Shown: positions 35,450-47,859 of the stretch, one piece after another | Layout: every line of letters starts with the position of its first letter | How positions within the stretch are numbered: position 1 is the first letter of the stretch | DNA from: Dicyema japonicum | Lineage: Eukaryota; Animalia; Dicyemida | Assembly: GCA_011109175.1 (NCBI GenBank) | Contig: RDEW01000026.1 | Span: forward strand, 214,761 to 278,760 | Reading direction: 5' to 3' | Length of the DNA stretch: 64,000 nt | Made by a program: the position numbers and the translations under genes | The notes under the pieces: model-generated | Databases searched by the model: none | Told to the model about the DNA's origin: nothing | Seen by the model: only the letters and a program-made list of their open reading frames with translations

Positions 35450-36500
35450 GTACATTTGAATGTAAGAATCCAAAAGTCGAAAAAATTCGTTATATTTTAC
35501 CTGTGGAAAAAACTGCGATTTTTTTGCAGAGTGAAATTACTTCAGAAGGTAATTGGTAAGAGTTCGACTCCTACCAAGCTAAGGTGATACTTTGTTCAAT
35601 AAATTCGGAGCGAACATGTATAGTTTGGATGGATCAGCTTTTGCTCTGAAATTAATCAGAGTCGGAAGATCATATTCATAATGTTCAGCACAATACTTCA
35701 AGGCAAGGTCAATCTCAGCAGTTGAAAGAGATCTCCCAAACGTGTTGGGTCAATTAGATTCGCAAGTAAGTGGAAAGATGTTAATGCTTGATGCACTCGA
35801 GTTTTCACTTTATCTAAAATAGCTGTACATTCATAGTCAATATAAGTCTGTTCAAGTTCTTTCCAAATTGCAGAGGCTACAGCAACAGATTGAAGATACT
35901 CCGTGGTGTGGCTATATCCAGAGGTGTCCACAGTGTCAATTAGATAGTTTTCTCCGTCCGATGTTACAACTGACACACAAATAACAGGTTCATTATGAAT
36001 GTTACTCCACCCGTCCAACATCATAGACACTGTCTTGTCCTGGAGTCTTTGCCGACAGTCTTCATGTATTTGGTCGTACACACGATCGAGCAATGGACCA
36101 CCAATTTGATGACGAGAGGGTAAACGATACCCAGGAAGAAGCATTTGGACGAATTTGACAAATTCCGGATGTTCTACAGCTGCAAAAAGAGTGTTACTGG
36201 AATATATGTATCTAGCGAGTTGCACATCAATCAATTTTTTTTCGATGACGTCGTCGTAACGCAATTGATTAAAAACTGGTCCCTCATCCTTGGGAGGAAT
36301 TCGCTGATCAAATCAGGTTTCGACGGATTTTCTAGAATATCAATATTAGTTCAACATAACAAATGATGCTACCTCATCCGAGATACGAGACCTTGTACCT
36401 CCTTCCCGCAATTACGGCATCTGGCTCGACTCCCGGTCTTTCCAGGAATAATACGTTTATCGAAGTGAATCCACAAGGCATCACGCTTTCTTCCAGACAT
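35450..36500 (-). pseudogene. hAT transposase, decayed
   Basis: Begins MSGRKRDALWIHF...ARCRNCGKEV (BED finger), then FAAVEHPEF...LPSRHQIGG...SMMLDGWSN. Stops and a deletion are present. Confidence 0.85.
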
Positions 36501-36502
36501 TA

Positions 36503-39500
36503 GTTAGTTAACCCCAGCTTCACTAACTTGTAGGAGGCCAGCAGCTATTATGTAGGGCGCAGCAGATGTTGGTCGCTCCCATAGATCGGTCAGTTCCGGC
36601 ATTGTGGAGAAATGTTGTGCCAATTCATGACATTGAAATAGGTGATTTGTTGTCAGCACGTGGAGGTTGCAAAAGGGGCAGAGTACATCATATGTTGGTA
36701 GATATGGGTGGTAGACGAGCCAGGTTTACTCGCACGTCCCTTGAAAGAGAGGATTCTGATTGGTATATTCAAAAAGAGGGTCGCTGTAATATTTTATTGT
36801 CTCTCGAGGGATGTTCTAGACTGTAGGCTTGGAAGAGGAACTGCAGGGTTCTCATTTCCAGATGGTCTCAAATTGAAATAATCTTTGACTCCCAATGTAG
36901 ATAATCGACAGGAGTTGATCTGAAACATCCAGTAATTATCCTGAGCGCAATGTTTTGTACTTTTTGTAGTTTGTCAATAGAAGTAAGAAAGGCAGAGATT
37001 GACCAGCAAGGGCATCCATCGTTAATAGTTGTTCGAATGATTTGTTTATGATGGTTAAGGTTTCTTTGCTTTGGCCAAAGGAATGGCCTGACACAGCTTT
37101 AAATATGTTGATCTTGTGAGAAGTCTTTTTACATTGTTCCTCCACATGTTTAGAGAAAGTTAGTAGTTGGTCATAAATAACTCCAAGTATTTTGGGATGT
37201 TTCGTAACGGTGAGTGGTTAAAATTGGTTAAAAATTTAGTTGGCGGCGGTTGGGCGTGAATACAGTGACGGTGGATTTCGATGGAGAGGGGGATAGGTGG
37301 TTTGTTCCAAGCCACTCTTTAAGAGTGTTCAAATGGATCTAAACATCCTTCGTTGCTTCGTTGACGTCTGTCTTTAGAGGCAGCAATCATGTCATCCGCA
37401 TACAATAAGAGAAGTGTCTTGGAATTGATTGGAGGTGTAAGTTGAATAAGGTGGGTGATAAAACGGAGCCTTGGGGAACTCCATTTGGAAAGAGTCTGTA
37501 ATGAGAAAGACATGACATAATTTCAGCCCACCAATTCTTCCAGAGAGGAAATTTGTTAACCAATTCTGAAGACATGGAGATATTCCAAATACAAGAATTT
37601 TGTTACTTAGCACGCACCTTGATGTTCGATCGAACGCCTTGGTTAGGTTGATCGATGCGAGGATAGTCCGTTTGGGAGAATTATAATTGTTAAAAACATC
37701 AGCGATATATTGAGTTAGGGTAGAGAGATGTGTTAATTTTGAGTATTGTGGACGAAAGCCATGTTGAAAATCAGGGAAGGAAAGATTTTATTTATTTTAA
37801 TAACCCCGGGAACACTGAGAGAGAAAGACAAAAGAGTCAAACAGTTAGGTGATCCCAGTCCTCGCAATCAATTGTGCCATTCGGCGTCTGTGATCTTCCA
37901 TCGTCCCCACTACTTTCCGGAAGAGCCTTCTCTCGGTCTTGCAGAGGAATCCGATCGGGGAGGGGAATTTCTTATCCAATCGGTTTTCTCTTGCCGTGGA
38001 AAATTTCCATCTTCCTCACAGACGCGAAGAAATCCGGAGCCACGACTACGGATCTTATCTTCCATGAGTAGTGGGTCGACTGTTGATCCATTACGTGGGC
38101 AAAGCATACTGATTGTTTTCCGGTGTATCGAGTTGATTCTTTGGACCATAGACTCCGATAGCGAGAATCTCCATGCAACGGAGGCATACTCAACGGCAGA
38201 TATTAGTTTCAATACAACACGTTCAACAATTTTCGATACTACAGATAGTAGTTAAATTAATCTGAAAAATCCCGGATCCGAAGGATCTTTCTTGGGCTTC
38301 AGGATTGGATTATTTTGTATTTTTTCCATAGTGCAGGAATTCTCCAGGTGTTGATGGACACAGAAATTATGTCTGTTATTGCTTTGAATCCTTGCATTCC
38401 CAGTTGCTTTAAATAAGATTCCATCAAGCCCTTTGACAGGAAAGTTTTTGGCGTTTTTATGAGTTTTTCGACATTCGACGTACTGATTTCAATCGGTTTT
38501 CCTTGAGGAGTTAACGTTTTTCAATTTGCATGGACGAGAGCATTTGTTCATATCTATGTGATCACTTTTGCGTAGTGGTCCATTATGACATCTGCCTGAT
38601 GAGTGAAATCACGTGGTGTTTTATTCTTGTCAATACTGGTGGCGTGGGTTGTCTCCATTCTATTTTGTTTCGACTGAATTTCACGTAAAGTGCCCCAAAA
38701 TTCCTTTAGTTTTGTTCGGTGGTTAATTTTTGTGATGAAATTGTTCCAACGGTCCAATTTCCTCTTGTTGATTAATTCTGTAATTTCGCTATGAAGGTTG
38801 GATAGTTCGGCAGTATAAATTCTTGATTTTTTGAGTCGACGTCTTGTATGAATCTTTTCGATAATTTCCTTAGTGAAATTGGGATTATAGTCTGCAATGA
38901 GTCCTCTTGGAATGTATTTCTTGTCGGCACTGAGGATGACTTAATTAAAAAATTTCATTGCGGCGTCAAGCGATTTGAAATTCTCAACGGAAAAGTCGGA
39001 TAGAAATTTTTCTGTTTCTTCTCTGAATGAATCCCATTTTGCACGTTTGTAATTTGTTATAGTTTTCCGATGCCTAACAATAGGCGAGAGTAGTTCGATT
39101 GACAGTAAAATTGGATTATGCTCCGATTGTAGGTAATGTACAATTCTCCAAGATATCTTCGAAGATATTGATGGTTAACAAAATGTGAGGTCAGGTGATG
39201 TATCGAAGTGTCCAGGTCTGGAAGCTGTTCTATCTGATTTTCTGTCATTGAGGATAACTTATTGTTCTAGTTGAGAGAGGACCTGAAACCCCCTCTCATT
39301 ACTCTTTTGGCCGATTAGCCAGAGAGGATCTTTTGCATTTAAGTCTCCGCAGATTATCACATTTTCAATCTTTACCAATTCGGTTAGTTTTGGGTAGTAA
39401 TGTTTCATACTTGGTGGCGGGATGTAAATAATTACAAATGTATACCTTGTGCGGTTTATTTTCACCAAGACAGAAGTATGCTCGATGTGATCGTCATCTT

Positions 39501-40004
39501 CAAACAGAGCTTGTGTCTGAGCGGAAGTATCGGAGAATGGAATAGATTTGTGTATGAGTATGAGAACACCGCCTCCTCTGTTTGAATTCGGTCGATCACG
39601 GCGGACAATTGAGTAGTCTTTGTAGTGTGGAAGCGTTGACTCTCTTGATAGTTTCGTTTCCTGTAGCATGGCATTATCAATTTTGTGGGAGGTTAAAAAT
39701 GCAAAAAGTTCTTTAATTTGTGTGTAAAACCGTTTATGTTGAATTGCATGATATTGAGGAATTTCCCGTTCTTATAGGGCCCGGAGTTCTGTTCAATGTC
39801 CCCAGCAAAAAGTAGCCAATCCGATCTTTGGGAGCGAAAGCTACGCGCCCGCTCAATAGCCGCCATCATCCAGTCCGACTTCCCAGAGGTCGTTGAAAAG
39901 GTTGACAAAGGAATAATTGTGGTTCTTTTAGTTGCCAGATTGATGTTGCCAGATTGATACTGGTATCCAATTTTCTCGACGTGAAGGTGAACCACATCGA
40001 AAAT
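36503..40004 (-). mobile_element. Full-length decayed Vingi-like LINE (family A): 5' ribozyme, 2A-like motif, APE, RT, CCHC finger, no RNase H
   Basis: 12-bp TSD TTCCAGACATTA at 36491-36502 and 40005-40016. Motifs GDIEQNSGP, LQETKL, GDLNAK, GVPQGSVLSP, YADD and CPFC...HLFQC. Confidence 0.88.
37790..38205 (-). mobile_element. 5'-truncated Vingi-like family B 3' end nested inside family A
   Basis: Interrupts the family A RT between VVLKLI and KSFLPDFQHGFRP. It ends in the GGGATCAC...CCCGGGGTTATTAAAATAAA 3' signature. Confidence 0.72.
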
Positions 40005-40005
40005 T
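39919..40005 (-). ncRNA. Putative HDV-like self-cleaving ribozyme at the LINE 5' end
   Basis: Nested pseudoknot pairings: P1 AATTTTC/GAAAATT, P2 GTGGTTC/GAACCAC, L3 TTCACGT, J1/4 GG, P4 CCAG/CTGG, J4/2 CTAA. P3 is imperfect. Confidence 0.65.
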
Positions 40006-40194
40006 TCCAGACATTAAAAAATTTAAATGATTTTTTTGATTTTTTTAATGATTTAAATCATTGATTTTTTTTGTTGATTAAAATCAAATGATTTAAATCT
40101 AACAATCCTGATAGTGAAGCATCCCAGAAGGTTATCAAAATAATTTCTTACATTATGACGTCATCAACTTTTTAATTGCTATAATTCATTATAT

Positions 40195-40375
40195 CGCACT
40201 GTAACGAGTGCCGGGCAAAAGGCCTGATAGTCCATAGTACGAATCTCGCTACTGTACATTTCGACTAACGTTCCACGCTACGATGTTTTGGCTTGACGAG
40301 TGACGTCGTCATTAGTGAAAATTTCACTGCGGAACCGGATCGTTTATAAAAGGATTCACTATCAAAAAAAATTAA
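40195..40375 (+). mobile_element. SINE family 1, diverged copy
   Basis: GTACGAATCTCGCT (B-box remnant)...GTTCCACGCTACGATG...TTGACGAGTGACGTCGTCATTAGTG...CACTGCGGAACCGGATCGT. Confidence 0.72.
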
Positions 40376-40379
40376 AAAC

Positions 40380-40865
40380 AAGTTATATGCCCATAAGTCT
40401 CATACCAAAGATCTCAAGAGTTATGGAAAGAATTGTATTTAACAGACCCTCTGAAAATATAGAACATAATGATATATTATTAGTGGTGATTTCGAAAAAT
40501 CGCTTTTGTGAAGATTGTTTGTACAGCGTTAACGCGTCAATTGTGAAGCCTTTGAAACTAAAAGATGCTTGACACAATCTGCCTTGATATATCCAAAGTT
40601 TTTGACAGTGTGTGACATCTTGGACTTGTTATTTGTCTTGCAAAATGTGGTAATGAAAAGGAACTTTATTTTTGGATACGAAGTTTGCTCTCGGACGGTC
40701 AATTGTTAATTTTTTAAACTATGAGTCTCGTGAAATTTGGCTGAGAAGTGACTTCAGGGTTCAGTGCTCAGTCCTTTATTATTCAACATTGTAATGAGTG
40801 AATTGCCGTCCAGAAAACCCAGGTACAGAAATATTGATATACGCTGATGACATTATAATTTATGA
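40380..40865 (+). mobile_element. Deleted LINE RT fragment
   Basis: ISRVMERIVFNR, GSVLSPLLFNI and YADD motifs. Confidence 0.55.
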
Positions 40866-40869
40866 TAAG

Positions 40870-41385
40870 GGCTGCACCCGCTCTTGTGCAAAAGGAGTGC
40901 GGGCAGAGCACCCCGCCATGTTGCTATGAACAACATTGTCATGCGAGTTCTTGGCAGTACTGGAGCCTGTGGGATTGGACCGCGGATATGGGAAAAGACT
41001 GGATGGATTAACTATCCTTCCGTTCACTGAGGGAAAATCGGTCGTATGGGACTGCACTGTTCTTTCTCGAACTCGATGATACTCAGCTCGGCGCAGTCCG
41101 CTGGATTGACAGCCGATCTGGCCGAGAAAATCAAGATTAAAAAATATAGCGAAGTTGGAGACCGCTACCGTAGTGTACCGGTAGCAATCGAGACGTCTGG
41201 TGCGGCCGGAAGTATTACAGCCTCTTTCCTAAAGGAAATCTGAGGAAAATTGGCCCACCGCAGGAAAGACGTGCGGGAAGCGGACTGGCTGAGGCAACGA
41301 ATTGATATCGCAGTTGTCCGCGGAAACGCTTACTCCGTGATGTCAGCAGCCGCTCTCCCTCATAGTTAATAAATTATTATTATTA
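40870..41385 (+). mobile_element. CRE-clade 3' fragment (subfamily B)
   Basis: [32 protein letters not shown]...PVAIETSGAAGS, followed by a (TAT)n tail. Confidence 0.82.
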
Positions 41386-42380
41386 TTAAAAACCAAAAAT
41401 CACAGACAAATTAATTAACTACATAGCCGTCAGGTGATTCCGGCCGCCTCGAGTAGCCATCTCATTCTTGCTCGGTGTTCTCCCGGGTTCCAACGCATTT
41501 CCGGATTGGGCGGGGTTTCTAATTTTTTGGAGGGTAGTAAAGCTCCGGTTTTCCCACTAATTCCTCAAAAGGTGTAGGGTTTAGAAGTGTCTAAGAAAAC
41601 CTATTGCAAAGCCTTACTGGCCATTTTTTGGAAGATATTGATTTTTTTATATTCCTGTTTGATAGGTTGGTTCCCCATGCCGCACACCCGTAAGTTAGAG
41701 ACGGTTGAATATACTGCACGTAGAGCGAGTCCAAATTTGAGTTGAAACACCCATTATATTGTCCAAGGAGTGTTTTAACAAAATTTAGCATTCGTTGTGC
41801 CGAAAAGATGACGTTGTCGATGTATTTGCTGAAGGTCAAGAGTGGGTCGTAAGTTACGCCCAGTATCTTGACCGAGTTGGTCGTGGGGATTGAGTTTCCA
41901 TTTATGGTTACACATGGAGCGGAGTTTGTCAATCTTCTGTTTGTTGTGAAAATTGTTGTGTAAGACTTTTCGGGACTTGTATGAAGAATGTTCTTAACGA
42001 GCCAACAGTTCAGATCGTCCAATGAAGTTTGTATCCAGTAAACAGCAGTATTAACGTACAGATCTTTGACTGTGACGATTATATCATCCGCATATGTCAG
42101 AACCAGAGTATCGTCACTGGTAAGGGAGGGCATATCATTTAGGAATAGGTTGAACATGTGTGGTGACAGTGGAGATCCTTGAGGGACCCCATTTGGAAGG
42201 AACTTGGTCACTGATCTAGTTTTTCCAGCAGTCACTCTTCCTCTTCTTCCATTTAGGAAATTAGCGATCCAGATTTTCAGGTTGTTTGGAATTTTTGACG
42301 TAAAGATCTTACTTGTCAAAAGCTTTCTTGGGACAGTATCAAAAGCCTTTTCTATATAGATGGAGCATAACAAAGACTAA
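41385..42380 (-). mobile_element. Vingi-like family C, 5'-truncated, RT frame largely open
   Basis: ORF 41591-42373 with IEKAFDTVPR, GVPQGSPLSP, YADD and KILGVTYD. A sibling lies at 54778-56075. Confidence 0.88.
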
Positions 42381-42699
42381 TATTTTATTGTTAATAAATG
42401 TGACCGGTTGACAAAGATTTCAATCGATTTTACGGATCGTTCTCAACCTGGAGTCGTTGTCAACTTGTCACAATAAATTTTTCACATTTACTAAGATTGC
42501 ACTTTTTTGCAATTTTAAATTGAAAAAATAACTAAATTAATTATTATTCACTACTTTATTATTTATCTAAACTTTTATTAAATTATATTTAATTGCGAAT
42601 TATTGCAATTGATTGTCTTAATTATTAATAAAAATGACCCTTGCCCGAAAAATAGAATTTTATGGCAAAAAACTCCCTACTCACGATAAAGCATTTGCA

Positions 42700-43384
42700 G
42701 AAACTAACAACATAGTCATTTTCCTCCACTTGCCTGTCATATCAAGCTCCTAGTACATCCATAACCTCTACTTCACTTAGACGTTTCCCAATCTTTTGGA
42801 GGTTCCCGCTGAGGACCATCGGGAGAGTGTTCCATGGTCTTCATTGAATCAGGAAGCATCAGAAGCGAAAAAGTTTTTAGTGGATACATTAGGTCTATTC
42901 TCAGAATATTTTCAAAAAGCCTCCTTCTAAATTTGTGATTTTGATCAACTTGTATAGTTAGGTCAATCGATGCAATGATATAAGTTGGAGAGGATTGGAG
43001 TTATTGAACCTATCAGCGATATACTGAGTTAGGGTAGAGGTCCGTTTATGTTAAGGACGAAGATCATGTGTGAATCTGAAAAAAGCAGATACTCGGGTAT
43101 TAATTTAAATACAACACGTTCAACAATTTTGAACACTACTAACAAAATCGACGGAAGGATCCGGATGGTCTTTTTGGGGCTTTAGGATTATTTATGTTAA
43201 TGTCCCAGCGAGGCTTAGGAGTTGCTAATCCGATCCTTGGGAAAAATGCTTTGCGCCATCATCCAGTCCGACATTCTGAGGTCTTTGAACAGGTTGACAT
43301 GGGAGTAATTGAGGTTCTTTTAGTTGCCAGATTGAAACTGGAATCCAACTTTCTCCACGTGAAGGTGAACCACATATAAAATTA
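42700..43384 (-). mobile_element. Internally deleted Vingi family A derivative retaining the 5' ribozyme (43311-43384)
   Basis: The 5' ~200 nt align with 39790-40005. The sequence then jumps from GDI to the RT N-terminus (KPQKDHPDP...SKIVERVVF). Confidence 0.72.
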
Positions 43385-43387
43385 ACA

Positions 43388-46165
43388 TTATTATTATTAC
43401 CTCCAGGATCACTGGGTCAAAGAAAAGAAATAAAAGGTTCTCAACTAACTAAGTGATCCCAGACCCACAAGGGAGAGGACGAGTAGGTGGGGTCGAGAAT
43501 CTGAACAGCTTTTCTCATTGACATGGCATCGGCTCAAAATTTATGCATGATTGTAGATATTTCGAGTGTATGGAATAGAGGGCACCTCGGTAAAATAGCC
43601 TCCTTTAAGAATTTCCGTTGTAATTCGATTAATATATTTTTAATAGGCTGGATTTTGTGTTCTGGTCCAATTATCCTTATTGCGGTCTCCTCGATTGCGG
43701 ATAGTTTCAATGAGGAGGATCGTGAAATTACCCATAAAAGACTTGCAAACGTCATCGTGGGTCGGATAAATTCTTCATAAATCGTGGCAAGGCCACCAGT
43801 TTGCTCTCTAAGTGTTTTGAGAGCATTTTTTTAAATTCTCATTTTCCTTAGAGCAGAAGTTATTATGTTCTCAACATGTCGGATAAAGTGAGTCTCTGAT
43901 CAAAGGTGACTCTCAGAATCTTCGGTGTTTTGTTAATAGGAATAGCCTCGTTCTTCATAAAGAATTTTGGTTCGACACAGAGCTGTCTTTTGTAAGTGGT
44001 AAACAACGTGACAGAGGACTTTGTTGCTGATGCGTCGAGTCTCCGCTTCGAGAGCCATAGTTCCAGCTTGTCAAGCATTTGTTGAGCGGACTGAGTAGCT
44101 GATTAAATCTTCTACCCTTGGAGGCAAGAATGATATCGTCGGCATAGGAGAGGATTAGGCAGTTTTCATTACAGGTTTGTGGCATGTCGTTTATGTAGAG
44201 ATTGTAAAGGGCTGGAGATAGTAGGGATCTTTGAAAGACTCCATTTGGTATGAGACGGGATTTTGACTTTATGTTATTGCAAATCACTTGTCCACGTCTC
44301 CCACTTAAGAAGTAGGCAATCCATAGTTTTATGTTTGGGTGGATGCATGTATCGTAAATTTTCTCAGTAAGGAGTTTTCTTGAGACTGTGTCGAAAGCCT
44401 TTGTTATATCAACAGAGACCAAGACTGTTCGTTGGTGTGGTTTAGTGGAATTGAATCCCTCCGCAATGAACTGGCACAGGGACGTTAGGTATGTTGATGT
44501 GGAGTGTTTAGCCCGGAATCCATGTTGGAAAGGAGAGAGTGGGATGCAATCTTTGATATTTTCAAGAACTAATCTCTCGAGTGTTCGGGAAGTGAACATA
44601 GGATTGAGATTGTTTTGTAAAAAGAGGGTCATTTTCGGATTTTCCTGGCTTCAAGATCGGTTTGATGTATGATCTCTTCCAGACATCCGGAACAGTGTTC
44701 ATATTTATTGATATGTGTGTATATGTAAGCAATTAAATCTAAAGCAAGAGGTCCTAGGTGATTTAGTTCTGTTGTAGAAATATTGACTGGACCTCGGGCT
44801 TTGGAGTATCGGGCCTTTGATATTGTTCACGGATTTCTTTCGCCGTAAATATGGTCAACACGTATGATCCTTTCGGTTTTATTCTGTTTAAGAGTACTAG
44901 GTCTTCTTTGTAGTGGTTTTTATGTGCTATGGAAGCATAGTATTTCATTAATGTGTTTGGTTGTATTGATATCCCATTTTGCGGTTCATCAAAAGACCTT
45001 TTGATAGACTTGATTTTGTTTTAGACCTTCTGTAATGACGGATTTTCTGTTAGGATTTTTGATAGTTCTGTCCAGCGTTTCTCATTTGTTTTACTGATAT
45101 ATTTGTTAATCTCCTTGTTTAGTGTACGAATTCTTATTACATCCTCCTTCGACGGTATGTTCTTTTTCTTTAGTTTTTTTCTTTGACTAAATGTTGGCTG
45201 TTGAATTAAATCGCCTGTTTGTCTTTCCATTGGAATAAATAATTTTTAGCTTCTTGAATGAACGAAGAGAACTGCTTTATAATATTGTTTAGTGATGAGG
45301 CAGCATGTAGTTTTGATAACTTGATCTGCATGTCAATATAGAAAATCGTGTCAGTCAGCAAGGTTATATCAAAGTAGTGACCTTCTGATCTTGTTTTTAT
45401 TTGTAAAATGATCGGATTATGATCATTCATAGTTTCGTATTTCACTCTCCATGAAATTAAAGAAGCCAGAAGGGGAGACGCGATTGAAACGTCAGGGGAT
45501 GATGGTTTATCATTTTGTCTTGAGGGGGTTCTTGTGCGAAAGTTAGGGTCGTTAGGATGCAAAAGGTTCCCAAGTCTTCTGTTAGCATGTCTCACCGTCT
45601 GTTTGACGTCTGACCTCTCAACCAGAGCGGGTGTTTTGTATTTAGGTAACCGCAAATAAGAACGTTTATTAGTGAGCTGATGGACGAAAGTTTTGGGCAA
45701 GTGGCTGATGATGAAGGAGGTAGATATGAATTGATCAGAGTAAGACGTAACCTTGGGAGTTGGATTTATTTGACCAGAATTTCGATACTTTCATGGTTTT
45801 GGAGGCGGTTGTAGACGTATTTGGTGATATCTTCATAAGGGATCCCGTTTCGTATGATAGCTAGTAAGCCTCCCCCAAGTTTTCCAAATCTATCTTTGCG
45901 GATAACTGAGTATCTAGGAAAAATTAGAGTTGTGTTCACAATTCGATATTTTTCCATAAGTACGATAATCTTACATTTGATCCAGTTTATATTTATTTGC
46001 ATGATCTTTAGGGGTCCGAGGTTCGATTCGACGTCCCCACACAAAGACAGTCCGTCCTTGTCAGTCCATCCGTGTAGGATAGGCAGTGTAACTCTTTTCT
46101 TTAAAATGTCTCCAGTTTGGTTAGTTACACATTCAACCAATCGTAAACGTAAAGGTAATACTTTT
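43388..46165 (-). mobile_element. Full-length decayed Vingi-like LINE with 2A-like motif
   Basis: 11-bp TSD TAAAATTAACA at 43377-43387 and 46166-46176, and an (AAT)n tail. Motifs CGDVESNLGP, RKDRFGKLGGGLL, FQHGFRAKHST and YADD. Confidence 0.85.
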
Positions 46166-46234
46166 TAAAATTAACAAAAAATAAAATTTTCATTTGTAAA
46201 ATTTTATTCAAAAATCTAATAAATAATTAAATAA

Positions 46235-46492
<258 letters not shown>

Positions 46493-46639
46493 AATTTTGG
46501 ATCTTTATTACTTTGGTTAACTTTGTTCTTTCATTTACTGTTGTTTATTAGATTTGATATCTACTTTTGATTTTTTCAGAATGTAGTTTTTCCTTAAATA
46601 TAATAAGTGTTACACTTTTTATTCAAATTGGGTTTTAGT

Positions 46640-47850
46640 TCCGGGATTTGGAGGTGAAAATTATAGCCCTGTTGGAAGTTGAATAGGAATTAAATTACAC
46701 TAAATGCGAAATCTACAATTGCGAACTTTCAAAGGAAGAAGTATTCAAAAGCTTTGTCATCTTTCGGGAATTTACTACCTGGAAGTATTTCCACACCCGA
46801 TAAAGACCTAGTATTCTTCGGATCTCCATATATGCAATGGGGATAGCTATTCGTGAAAAACGACTGTTACTTGGATAGACTCTAGACCCCTTGTGTCTAC
46901 TAGACATGCATACATCATTATTTTTTCTAAAAAACAGTCTCAACGTACAGGAGGTTTGCATATGTTCTGAGGACTGCTACCTATTTCACCCTGTATAACC
47001 AACTCGCACAGATTAACGAGATCTTCCGTAAGACAGCGGAGCTTATCTTCAAAATTCGGTTCGAGGATTACTCATGGAAGCAAGCCACGCTCCCAGTGGG
47101 ACTCATGGGCTTGGAATTCGAAACCCTTAGACCTTTCTCTCCATACATGTCTGTCGTCGCTAATGGCCTATAACACTCTGGTCAAGAGGATTCTAAACTC
47201 CCTTCATGAATTCTCTATTGACAAGGACGCCGGACATACTCGTGAAGCCTGGAGCCATACTTATCAGCTTTCCCTGTCTAACCCGTTCTCTCAGCGGGGC
47301 CTAGACGATGCTATATGCTGGAATTCTTTCGAAGATTTTCTAGTGTCATCTAGCCAACATCGCCGTGCTTTTTTGTTGTCGGAGGCATCTTCCGAGAGCA
47401 GTGCCTGGCTCAACGCCATTCGAATAGAGTTTTGGATACCTTCCTGGATGATGAATGCGTCCGTTTTGGTATCTCATTACGACTGGGATTAAAAGTCTGT
47501 ATTCCACTTCCATGCCGATGCAGAGACCAGATCGACTGTTTTGGCCTACACTCTCTCTCCTGCAGGAAGAGTGCATGCAGATTTCCTAGACACGTGGCCT
47601 TGAACGAAGTCGTTAGGCGAGTTTGGACGCCGCCGGACACCCCTCCATGCTTGAACCTGTCGGTCTTTGCAGGGGGTACAGGAAACGACCAGATGGGATG
47701 ACAATCTTCCCTTTAGAAGGAAGGAAACCTCTTGTCTGAGACGTCACCTGCATCGACACATTTTTTTCTTGCAACCTTCTCCAGAGTGGTTCTAGAACCT
47801 GAAGGCCGAGAAGTTGAAACGGCAAAAGTATGGGGTCCTACCCATGGATT
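46640..47850 (+). mobile_element. CRE-clade fragment (subfamily A-related)
   Basis: Colinear with the reverse complement of ~16900-18040. Contains SAWLNAI, CRCRDQIDCFGLHSLSCRKS and RPDGMTIFPLEGRKPL. Confidence 0.82.
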
Positions 47851-47859
47851 TTTTGTTCG

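Larger units (their letters stand above)
35307..40110 (-). mobile_element. hAT DNA transposon (BED-finger transposase), interrupted by a LINE
   Basis: TIRs CAGTGTTGTTACA (35307) and TCTAACAATCCTG (to 40110). Identical 8-bp TSD ATAGTGAA at 35299-35306 and 40111-40118. AAATCA(T)GATTT subterminal repeats. Confidence 0.88.

Noticed and set aside
46110-46165. Possible ribozyme at the 5' end of the 43388-46165 LINE (ACC-TTTACGT, CTAA)
   Set aside because: Only the L3-like word is present. P1, P2 and P3 pairings cannot be completed.
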